This document shows, piece by piece, positions 13,501-25,825 of a stretch of 64,000 bases of DNA (positions within the stretch are counted from its first letter, which is position 1; the number at the start of each line of letters is the position of its first letter). The stretch spans positions 73,594,001 to 73,658,000 of the forward strand of contig OZ260665.1 in NCBI GenBank assembly GCA_965285935.1. The letters run 5' to 3'. The position numbers and the translations under genes are program-made. Under the pieces are notes generated by a model. That model did not search any database. It saw only the letters and a list, made by a program, of their open reading frames with translations, and had not been told where the DNA came from. The stretch comes from Ophelia neglecta (lineage: Eukaryota).

Positions 13501-16500
13501 GCCACGACTGATGGGGAGGCGGGGCGCTCACTCAACCACGGAGAGACACAAAGGCAGCCTCGAGCCGCGGCCACGCGTAAGAATACCATCAACGGCAGAC
13601 GATAAGCGTTTGCGCGCGCGACTGGCGGTGTCTGATTTGTCAGCAACTTGCAGTGATTTGCGGGAAAGTTTTTGTTTGGTGGATTGAGGGACAGGTGACT
13701 CGGAATTCTGGCAATAACCTTTTGTGCAAGGCCTGCAATATAATCACTCAAACATGATACGTTTAAACTGAAATTGAATTCAATTTTCCCTACCAACCCT
13801 TGGTTCTTCGCGAAAATGCAGGGGTGTCTGAATACTTCCCTTTCATTTCGACTTTACTTGACGAATAGTTGAAGCCTCACCGGTAGAACTCCGATGAAAA
13901 TTTATGAAAATATAAATGTCCAATGGCGTCGTGTCGACTTATAAAAGACAATTACACTTCTTCAAAACCGAACATGCCCACCTAACAGATAGGTTTCTGT
14001 CTCGCCCAGTTTAACACTTACAGACTGAATGTGATTTTAGCTGACTAAATACTATATTATGTATTAAACTAAGTGTTAACTACCTTATAATGATAATACG
14101 ATGAGCAGAAAGATGTGCTGATGTCCAATGTCAGTGAACTCTCTCTGTTGGTGTCAGCAAACCGCCATCCGTTAGTGGCACAGATCTATATGATCTGGAT
14201 ATAGGAAACCTATCAATCTCTTTCCACATTATAGTCATCTAAACTAGAGCTGTTTTTAAGATATAAAACAAATGTATCTGTCTGCCAAGGAACCTCAAGG
14301 AGCAAACAACCTTACCTCTGTTTTCAATACGAGCGTGCTCCCCACGCTGCAGTCATACCTGCATTCTGTTAAAGCAGAGTATATGTACTCGGGCCATATT
14401 TCCACATTTTACATGTTTTAAGGGTACAGTGTTCCCAAATGTAAACGGTACACAGCTATAGACATACATCGTATTCAAAGTGTATGTTGATAGGGTAGTA
14501 TGGCTTGCGTGATACTTCAGACTGGGCTGAATAGCGAAAGCTTAAGGTAGGCCTAGATCCAATCATCGGTTGAAGTGTATCAACTATAGTTATCAAAACA
14601 GAGTCCATATATGTCCAACTCCAAGGGTACTTATCAAATGTACAAGAGCCACCTCCACATGATTGTATTAGGCGTATCTTTAATTTCAAGATATTGTCGT
14701 CACAATTAAGCAGTACTCTCGCTATAGCATAAGCCAAATATAAAGAAACATGTACTAAAAATATCTCTGGAGGAAATAATAAACTTAGGTCAGTGTTAAT
14801 GAAATCAAGGACCTTCGCAAATACCTGTACAGTTAACTGTGTGTTTTAAAGATGTTGAGACTACTTTTCTTTACGAATTGTTCAAATTGGCGAAAGAAGA
14901 CTGCGATGGCAAAGACTAATTGTCTGTAAAAAGTCTACCAATACACGTCTCTTGGCACGGAATCAGCTACACAGTTCTGTACCGACGAAAAATGACATAC
15001 CTTAGCCATTTAGCAAGTGAATAGTGACATATACGAAATTGTATGCGTATAATATCTGTCAAAATTTACATTTATTCTTAGACTACATAGGTTATTGGGG
15101 TTTACACCGTCATCGACGATGTAAGCTGAACGGGGATAGCACAGATGATACGGAGAGAACAGTTAAAGGGGCGGCTAGGTTAAACGTGCCTTCCTTAAGA
15201 AAAGTCCCGACACTGTAAGTTACAAGTTCATTAAGTGATTTGTAGCAATGGGAAACTGAGAGGGATTCCCTCTAGGGTAGGGTTGATTGTAAAATGTTTG
15301 ACATTGATTTTGATGCAGAACCATTCCGCTTTCACTGATGTTGAAATCAGTTGAAAAAAACCCACAGATCATTATTCGAATTTGAGCCACTTGAAAACGA
15401 CCCCCCTCCCCCACCCCATGGGTTGGCCTCGGTGGCCAATGAGAGTAACCATTGGTGATAGTGTGCAACTGTAAGGGTCAACTTTAAGGGGTGCGGAATA
15501 GAATTATGATCTGCGACCTCACCTTTAAATGCTAAAACTGAAAATATTGAAGTGGGCAGCACCGAAATTGGTTTAATCACATCAGTGAAAACGATCAAGA
15601 TCTTTTACTGGCCAACTATTTGGCGGAGGGTGGGGAAGAGGGAGGAGGGGAGGAACGGGCCGATATTTTTTCTTCCAGTTGCCACAGAGAGCGTCTCGAG
15701 GGAGTTATCCTTCCCAGGGGAGATTGTGGGGGCTTAGAGCTCCTACCACCCCCACCCCCCACCCCCCCTCATTTGAGGGGCCAACCCTTTCAAACCCGCG
15801 ACCCCTCTTTTCGAACCTTTTTCATCTATACGACTGATCCCTCGTGTATAAAGAAAGACCTGAAGCCACTAGAAGTCAATCTCCCCGCACCTGCAACAAT
15901 CCAATCAAAAGTAATTAATTATGTAACACAAATCACATTTAAATTGTCTGCATTCAAACTTCAAAAGTCAGGTATCGTCTCATACCTCGACAGCTTTTAG
16001 CACGGTGCTAATGGCCTCCACGCGAGACAATTGTAATCTCGCTGAGATCTCGCGGCGGCGTTAATTGACTTTTCCACCAGACGACAATCAGTTGAAATGA
16101 CCAGTGGCGCAGAACTGGAGAAAGTCAACCTAAATGGTGACTTCAATCAGCCGCTGTCGCCCCTTTTATCTTTGATAGGAGGTAAAGGGATGCGCCGAAA
16201 TAATCATAGCTTGCAGCCAAGTTTGAAACGAATGCTATTGACGACACAATAGGTACATATCATCAGCGTGACTTCGGGATCGCCCATTACTGAGCTTCAA
16301 AGAAATTACACAGGCAGGACAGGTCTCTTGATTGCTTTAATTTCACGATTTGTAATTACGAAACAGTTAATGTTCAGGTTTGCCACCGATTTCTCGTCGG
16401 TATCATTGCAAACAATTATTGGCCGGTCTGCTTACTTGCCAATTTCGAGTATTTTAACGAGCCGGGGTTTGGAATATTCTAATGATAAATCAGACTTTGT

Positions 16501-19500
16501 CAGTGTTTCATATGAGATCAGAAACGACAAAGCAATAGTCTACAAGGCATTTCGAAAAAGGATCATAGACCAAACTAGTGCACTTATGGATAAAATGTAT
16601 CTATGCCAGCTAAACTCGAACTTAAAATGCAAAGCGCTTATGATAAATTAGTAAAGATGATCTTTGAGAAAAAAATAGGTAGAGCATGGATTTACTCAAA
16701 GAAGCCATCTTGTCATCAGTGAGATGTTTTCTTCACAAATATCACCTGGTTTATCTTCCGCTTATCAATGAGTCTAATGTCAATCGAATTAAGCCTCTTT
16801 CTAACCTGTCCCTCTCTTCAATGGAACACTCTAGGGAACAGGTGTTTAAATGTTGTCCCTTTTATATTTGGCATTACTTTATGTTAGAGACGCTGAACAG
16901 TTTTTTTTCATTTTGAAGTGGAGAAAAAAGACATGATGTCTGCAAAAACACTGTCCTTGAATTTCTCTCAGCTATTACAGGTTATTACCCTGTTGCGCAT
17001 GCGTTAAAGTTTGGAGCGCGCGGATTCCGAAGCTGGAGAGGCTAAGGGAGTTCTACAATACATTTTGATATCAAAGATAAGCATCAAAGCCCAGTTCTCT
17101 TTGACAAAAATACTCAAGGGCAGCTCCTTTATGTTTTTAATTTCTTGTTAAACACGCATGATTGACAAAATTTGCAAAAAGTGTTTGGTTTTGCCATACT
17201 TTGGTGAGTTTTTGCACAGAACCCTATACTTTTCCCAGATGGCCGCTGCTTTTATTCTCGTTGTAGAGGACAACTTAGCCACGAGTCCCCCCTTTACTTT
17301 CTTGTTGCGGGCTTTATGATGTGGTCCCTAATAATCTAGAAATCACCTGTTCTGTCGACTGTTTGGAATGTTGAAAGGCTAATTATGTTCTCATTTCAAT
17401 CAGAGCACGCTAACTGTTTTTTCCGGATTAAAGATCTATATCATTTTTCCGATATAATCTCTTTCCCATACAACCCAGCAGAACGACCACGTGCCACTAA
17501 CTGGGAACGTCTTTGATCTATATTTTATTTAATTCTCTTTCTTCGTCTTGGGACACTTAAACAAAATATAGACCTAGTTGTTTCGTTGCCCATTTGCTCT
17601 TTATACAAATGCCAAGGTCAAAGCCGGTGACCCAGAATGTAGGATTAAGTTCAACTGGATTGCACACATGTTCGTGCTGAGTTTCTGAAAGCCAACTATA
17701 TTACAAATTGTCTTGTTTCGTGGAAATTATTTGCTGAAAATTTAAATATTTTTCATTTTTTTTCATGTGAATATTGAATTTTCCATTTCCGTGAGCAACA
17801 ATTGAACAATACTTGAGTCCGTATAAATAAACGATCAGTTTTGATTTTAGTTTGAAGTACGTGGTTCTTAAACCGGGCAGTCCAGTCACAACTGTGCGCA
17901 ATCTACAAACAGATAGACCCATGCTTTCCACTAGCAGTCCGTCCAATTTCCCCAAGACAAGTGTTGGTTTTTGACATCGGCTCTTTGTTATCAAGAAAGA
18001 AAGCGGTGTTCATAACCATAGATGTCCCCTGGGGAAATTGGACTGCTGGACGTATATGTGATTGAGTCCCTGTTCTTGTCACGACTATCAGTAAACCGTA
18101 GCTTCATATATCTTGAAATGTCAAGATGCTTAATAAACATCGTATGAAAAAAAGTATTTGAAATAAAAGTTTTTAATTTCAACCACAAAGTGACGGCCAT
18201 TCATACATATTGCGCTCATGTCAAGAAAATCTCTTAATACATTAGCTTACCTTCCACCTCATGTAATAGTATTGTCGTCGTTGTTGACTCTCCCGCCGTT
18301 CGTGTGTCGTGTACATCAAACCAAGTACAATTTAAAAGGTATCACCAGCAACAAGTCGAAAGACAAATACATGGCCTGTCCTAATCTCTTCACAATATCA
18401 TTTACAATGGTGATTTTCCTTACATTAAAGGCGCTTGATTACAAGTGGGTTATTTGAGTTGATGTTATAATGCGGATGATTAGTGCTTCATCGCGGCAAG
18501 GGTCGTGAGGCCGCATGACGGGCACAGCACTCATTTAATTGGTCTTCGGAGTCAAAAGGTAATGTTTGTTTGGGACCTGCTGCTGGAGTTCTGGTCATCG
18601 GCTGCTAGATTCAGATAAAGATGAATGAAATGGGGCAAATGTATAGAAATAACTGGGAAAGTTGACCTATATTGTTCTACCCTAATAATGGTTCCACAAC
18701 GTTGTAACTTACTAACCAAGGATTAGACCAAGAAGTTAATTGTTATAAGTCTATGTTCGCATGCACGTGTGATGAAGTTATTTCAGTACGCGGCCAAAAG
18801 TAGTCTCTCGAGGGTGGTTTCCCCATACTTTGCTTTACCTCGACGGAATCAGTCTAAACTATACACAATGTGCTAAGCGGACACGCAAGACATATGGCTA
18901 AGATGCTATATAGGCCTATAACAAAAAGGCCAAACATCATTTAATTTGTCACCGAAACAGCATTTGTCCGACGTGATTATTTACTCAACCCAAGCGCCTC
19001 ATCCAATTTCCTTAATTGTAGAGTGGAAACGCCCCCGCCAAGTTTATTAGCACAAACGTTTGACAGGCTACGTAAGTGAAACCCACTTTCATCGATGTGG
19101 AAATGTCACTTTTGTTGGCGCATGTGCATACGCAATATCCGGTCAAGCGTAGGCAGTTATCCTGTTATATCGTCATTTACTAATTCCGATTAGTCCCCGA
19201 AGGCGGGTTCTGCCGCGGAAGAAATCCTGCAGCGGAAAGAGGGTGTTCCGAAACCAAGGTCTCAATATTGCGCAAAAGGTCAAGGCGGTTGCGCAATGAG
19301 GACAAAGCCTTCCGGTAATCACGAAAACAGCAACAATGGTAGTGGATTTACTTGGCACATGGTCACTGTGGGCATCGGCATAATTTGTGCTGTCGGAAGC
19401 TTAATTTATGTTTAAGGAAACCCCCTGTTAGTTAAGACAGCCATGTTATGTATCATTTAGTGAGTGTTTATGTAGATGCACACCGTGTTATGTGCTTGTT

Positions 19501-22500
19501 TTCCTGCTGTCACATGCCACAAAAGAATGATCAACATTCACAAGCTACTTACGGCGCCCTCTTTAGTAAAGTTTAATTTGACACGTCTGCCGGCCCCATG
19601 GGTCGGAGATTAAAGCATGGCAAGCACGTAGCTAATATACAATGGCTGACTAGTAAAACAACATCTCGCCTTCAAAAAAATGGAGTAAATATCCTGTTCA
19701 AACTTAAGACATCAAATGTTGTAATATGCGATCGTAAATATGGAGGTACACAATTATTTACCTTTAGTGTATCTTTTCAGTTTGCCCAAAGTCAAGCAAC
19801 CACACTAAGAAAGTGTAAATCAAAAAGTAAACGAAATGCTTTGGCGTCCGTTTATCTTCTTTAAAGCCTATCTAGCGGGCAATTATCCTTCTTATTTTAC
19901 AAAATAACGGAAATATGCCATATGACCAACTAAGGTATAAAGGCAACGTACCATTAGATTTAATGTCTGTGCTGACATGATCGTTTGGGAAATAGGCGAG
20001 TGTTGAACGTGAATTTGATTAATGTCATTAACTACATGTCAGATTTGTTTTGGGCCTTGAAACTCGGGGTGCCAAAGCTCCATGGTATAATTCTCGGAAG
20101 TCCACTGGTACTTAAATTTATTAATCTACCTCGTCGTCTAGCCTCTTAAGAGACATAGCCCCTCTGGTCACTTCCTATGTCCACTTAATGGACTTGTTGC
20201 CCATTTACTGATTTAGAGGGGATAGGAGGTAGGGTCACTATTATCTATCCACAAGTTGATCCCGTGAGGGTCTGAAGTGTGCCGGACTAGTTTCCCCTCC
20301 TATGGGTCCGGGGGATTAATTACCCCCACACTCCCTCAGGGAGGGACCAACCCTCTGTGAAAGCGGACACGGCCTTTCGCAAAGATAAGATCCGCCCCGG
20401 GAGCAGGTCCTTATACCAGGAGCCACAGGATATTACCATTGGCATGACAAGGGTAATCAGGAAACGAGGTTAGAGACAGCCATTGACACCAGGTGGTTGG
20501 GTGAACTTGATTTTTCATCCTTGCCAATATTGTTTAATGTGCTGTCAGAAATCACCTTAATTTCATAAAAATAGCGACACATCCAATCTGACCTCTGGCA
20601 TGTTCAACAATGTATTAATAACGGCTTTGAAGATCGGTGTTTAATTAAAATCCACTTCCTTTTTAAATCTTGATGTCGGTGTTCTGGGTTTATGTACGAG
20701 CCGACCTCTTTTCTTCGATGCGTGTTCTTCAACGCGCCTTTGTTTAAAATAAGTAACGTTTGCACCTGATGTACTTTTACCGCAATTGTAAATAAAAACA
20801 TGTGGTTTATGTATGACAACGAAGAACTATCATTCACCTTTAATTGATCTTAATTTATCTCTATCAAATTACGACATTCTCGCTGAGTCTTGTAATACAC
20901 TTGTAATTACCTCGATACTTCAGGCGAGAAAGTGAAAAGGAAGAAATATCTGCGGTTTTGTCTTTTTCTTCTCCGATTAAAACCTCTTTTTTCCTAGACT
21001 TCAATGTAGATTGGTAGTCATTATTTTTCGAATATCATTCTAATTTGTCCAACCACATTATAGTAGCGTTAGATAATATTACAAGCAGAAGGATAAGATA
21101 GCATATTTCTATCTCGACCTGCTGACCCTTATAGAATGTGGAAGATACACAAATCAAAGATGTATACAAATTACAAGCGAGTTTGCCACCCGCGAAAGTA
21201 TTAAATTGCGCCTCTTTTGTACACATATGCATTTATATTAGTCTTCGTTTCCACTTGTGACATTTCTTTTGTAGCGATTCATTTTACTAATGGTACATTT
21301 CTAAAGATTTGTAGGTCAGGGCCCAAAAGACTATTTGGTATTTCCAATCAATCATATATTTACGTTATTATCTAACTGTTCTAATACTAAAATGGTTTCT
21401 TTTAGACTGAATGTATTCCTACTGCCCATTTATCGCCCTTGTGACATGGTAGACAGTTGGGTACCATCAATATCTCCTGTAATAGTATGGGGGGTAGCCG
21501 GTGCCCGGTCTCGCTATTGTCCCCATGTCACTGGTTGACAGGGCGTTGTGACTCCCTAGTCTCAAAAAGAGAAAAAAAAACTTGGCCATCAACAAAGGAC
21601 CCCATTCATTTTAATAGGGATTTCTATATCTTTCTTTATAAATTCAATTTAGGGACATTACTTTTTAGAGAAAGATATTTGATATTTAATCGGTGTAATT
21701 GGTCTCTCAATATGGGGTTCCGTCGTATATACTTGATACAAAACCCTATATAATATTATTATAAACGTTTTCGATTCAATCCGTCTCCGAGAAGAATGGT
21801 GAGAACCCTATAGGAATGATGGCAGTTGTGCTGCAAAAAAGTGAAAGTCGTCTGCCTAATTTAACCGACATTTAACTGTACCCGCCGCCTGGCCTTCAAA
21901 ATGACAATTGGGACCCATAAACTAAGGGGCACACGCCTCCCCGTATATTAAACTGTCAGGGAGCAAGACCCGAATTTCAAACAGTCATAACGCTGTTCGC
22001 TTTAGGTCATCCTTACATAATGAGGTATCAGTGTGGATTTCTTCTCGTCTGTTCACGCGTTATTGCGTTACATTTACGACATTCAGGTAATTTGATGGGA
22101 GTTTACAGTCTACCGCAGATAAACACTACCACTAGCTGTAGAATTAAATGTGCATAGACAACACAATACACGCAAATTAAGGTTTAATTACTCGTGATAG
22201 TATTGTTTTACTCTTTTCAATTAACTTAGAATTCATTTATGAAAACTTAATCAAATTAAAGTCATTGCTGGTACTGCTGCTTTGGTACGATATAGATACT
22301 GTGTAAATCAGGGAGGGAATTCTTCGTCGAAAATAAGGGGCCTGTTTGCGACAGCTGTTTTAACATTAGACTAATGGGCGCTTTATATTTCATTGGAGTT
22401 TAAAGACATATAAATCAGACGCTGTGCTCAGGTACATGTCTGGTCGATAGACAGAGGATATTTTTCTCTTTTCGTATCATCATCGAGCGATCTGATATCG

Positions 22501-25500
22501 TAAATTTGCCAGCAATAGTGGAGAAGACATCCCAAGGGTACCGTAGCTGTTGGACGCGTCATTAGCACTTGGTCTGAGCATCCTATCCAACGGCATTCCA
22601 ATTAGTGTCAAAGGTTATGACGGGCAATTTCTAACCTTCGCTAGTTGGATCTCTCCTTAATCATTGTTTTCGCCACAGGTACCTGTCCAACACTTGCCTG
22701 GACATACAAAAATCAAAACATATTAATGCCATTATCAATTAAGCTTGTTAAAACCGGTAGTGACAATTCAGTAATTAAGAGCCAGAGGCATGGGAGGACC
22801 GGTAAACTCTAGGTGGGGTAGTAAACAATGGAATCTTATTAACTGACAAGGACGAGCCAGAGTGATGATTAGATTTTGAAATGTGATAATTGTATGTACA
22901 AATATTTGACAGATGTCTTGATTACAATTATAAATGATGCCCTGTCAAGACAGGGATTCCTTCAATTAAAGCATCTTCTGTGGAGGAGATCGTTAGGAAT
23001 CGCTCTCCCAAAGGACTAATTCTTAGCCCGTCTAGAACGATATAACATATAAAAGATAATGAACGTTTGGGAAATATATTTTTTCTTAAGTGACAGCAGG
23101 CATTTGAAACTCGATTTTCAACCATAGAGTTTCCGTTTATACTTAAAGTATCAGTTGCTACCGATACCATATTGGCCTCTAGTGCCGGAGTGAAGAAAAC
23201 CCCAGACGATATTTTTTATGTTGCAAGTTCGAGATTCACCAAAACTGTAATGTAAGATGGTATCATAGAGCTTGGTGGTTCAACCAGAACAATGTATACG
23301 CTATACCAAATCTATTCTTTTGTCGGTTTATCCCATATGTAGGGTTAAATATTCATCGCGTATGCTCAAATGTGAATTCAGGCCTACAGGAACGCGTCTT
23401 GGTGAACCAATTAATAAGAATTCTATATTGAATGACAAATGATTTAACTAATATAGTTTATCTCAATTTATTTTATTTATGAATTTCCCAAGTCAGGTGA
23501 GCCAAATGGCAGCCACCGCGCGTTTTGACAGACAGGTGACACAAACCTCCGCTCGTTGACAATGCCTGTCGACGTACATTTTAAAGTGAGATATTAATAA
23601 CAAATTTATCTTTTCTGAAACTCCATTTTATGGCTCTGCAATATTGAATTGCGGACCACATCTACATTAATTTCAGCTGGTCATAATTTGGACTTTTAGT
23701 TATATATATATATATATTCTTTGTTCATCGGCCTTCAAGTATAGTAACTAGCTGTATTCTGGCGATACTGAACTAGGCAAAGTCACACCTTTCTTATTTT
23801 CGGTATTCGAAGTTCTAAACTATTACCAATTTACCATATGGTGCATATGTTGTATAGAAATCGAAATTTCTCAGTATGATTGCTGTGTCGTCTGCTGTAG
23901 TCGTCTGCTGTTGTCTCATCTCCTAATTTAGTCTTTGATGTTACTTCATTACATCGATGATATTTTGATGATGCTCGATGCACTTCTGGTGAAGGATGAG
24001 AACGGAACTACAAAGATCTGCTCATTTCTCTGGAGAGGGCCTTGAGAACATTAACCAAATGAAGTTCTGTTTGATAAACCCCATTATAAGTTTTGATGGG
24101 TCTTCATAGACACTTTCTAGCCCACTCCTGTTCGGACTACAAAGATGCATCCCCCTTCTCAGGGATCCTTATTGGACAATTTTACACCCGATATCGTAAC
24201 TGTGGCAGAATGCCGGTGTAAAAACTTTACGTCATAATCCAGCTTTTTGCGTCACCATCCTAGATGAGTTTTAGGAATTTCAGTTTATTTCTCTGGGGGC
24301 ATGGACATGTGTCGGATTTTCCACTGGTTTAGCGGCCTGTTGCTGTTGGTTGACCGCTAATTGCTCCGGGGTCAGCATGAGTCCTGGAACTTTGGGTGAT
24401 TTACCGCGCTCACTAGCATGACATGACACCACCAGTCATTCTATAACACAATACAGGAGGGGCGTGCACCTGCCTGGTAATCTCCCGGCTTCCAGGGAGG
24501 CAAATTGGAGGCAGTACACCGAGGATTGGACGGCAACCCACGGCAAATAACAGGCCGCACGTATAACCACTGAGAAACAACATCGACGTTTGGAGAAATC
24601 ATAATATATATGGCACTGGCACGGTAATAAAGAAATACAAATCATTTTATTGCTACCTAAATAACTAGTTGCGGTAAAAGAGGCCCTTTGTAGTGAAATT
24701 CGGTGCTTTGTATGGTTTACCAATGAGTATGACTAATAGTTTGTTTCTAACCGGTAAAATGGAATAGTTAGTAGGGAAAGACGCCGATTTGCCAGCAAAT
24801 TGATGGAATGGTTCCACTTCGAGGCTTGGTATCAAATTCCACAAAACATTTGATGAGCCTGGCGTTTCCTTGCATTTCAGGGCTATTTTATTTTTGTATG
24901 GCAATCACATGTGGTTCGAACGAATTTAGATTAAGACCAATTTCACACCTAACCACGATTGTATGAAATTACCATTGGCGTCAAATCCGGGGGTCATCCC
25001 GGGACAGTTATTGTATCAATAAAAATGATGCAAATGATGCAAGCTGGGTTAACGGTTTTCCTAAACTACTAAATGCGCCAGTATTTGCAACTTTCGCCAC
25101 TAGCATTGTAGCCAGTTAGTTTGTGGAGAACACAGGCCGAGGGGAGGGGGTTGTTTGGGAGACAGGGCCCTGGGGTAACGGGGCAAGCCGATGTTGTCAT
25201 GGCGGCACGTGACTGCAGGTGGCCACCATTGTTCGAAAGCAGCCGAGCGGAGAGAAGCTGACAACGGACAAGGAGAAACGATGGCCGAACGCCAACACCC
25301 TGTCAGGCAGACGACATGGGCAGACGACTGCCTCTCCAGGCACCTCAACTCCCCCGCCAGGTTTCTGCATGTAGTAAACTGCATCATACACAGAGTTTTA
25401 AGGTCTCGATGAAAAAACAGTGCGCGTAGGTCTTATTTAAGAACCCGTAGGCTAAAACTGGTGTCGATGATGAGAATTAATTTAAGATGCTATGTTTTTG

Positions 25501-25599
25501 CTCCAAACACTTGCCCATTATTTACCAAATGAGAGGCAGCGAAATTATGCAAGTATGCTCCCATGGCTTCACTTTCCCATCACCCGCAAGCCACAGGAA

Positions 25600-25825
25600 T
25601 ACTGTAAAACCTGAAACGATAAAGGCCTACGAGAAAAATACGAGATATATATACACGAACAAGATTGAGAATTTCGTTGTGACAGGGCTAGGGGTAGGGT
25701 TTTACTAACAACCTAACTGAAACGATTTGCCCTTAACCCTAACCCCTACCCCAGATCAAACCCGTTTATAGCTACGTTTTAAAGAAATCTTTGTCCTGTA
25801 TCGGATATATTGTACCAGGTTTTTC
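25600..25825. mobile_element. Degenerate palindromic MITE-like element with telomere-like core
   Basis: GGGCTAGGGGTAGGGTT (about 25685-25701) faces AACCCTAACCCCTACCCC (about 25735-25752); the flanks show weak inverted similarity. Confidence 0.4.

Noticed and set aside
12146-13687. Short ORFs overlapping neurogenin or its 3'UTR
   Set aside because: Shadow ORFs of GC-rich sequence with no recognisable protein features.
13416-13796. 127-codon N-terminal extension of neurogenin in the ORF track
   Set aside because: It starts at a non-ATG codon, runs through the TATA/Inr promoter and has no neurogenin-like sequence; ATG 13415 has the good Kozak context.
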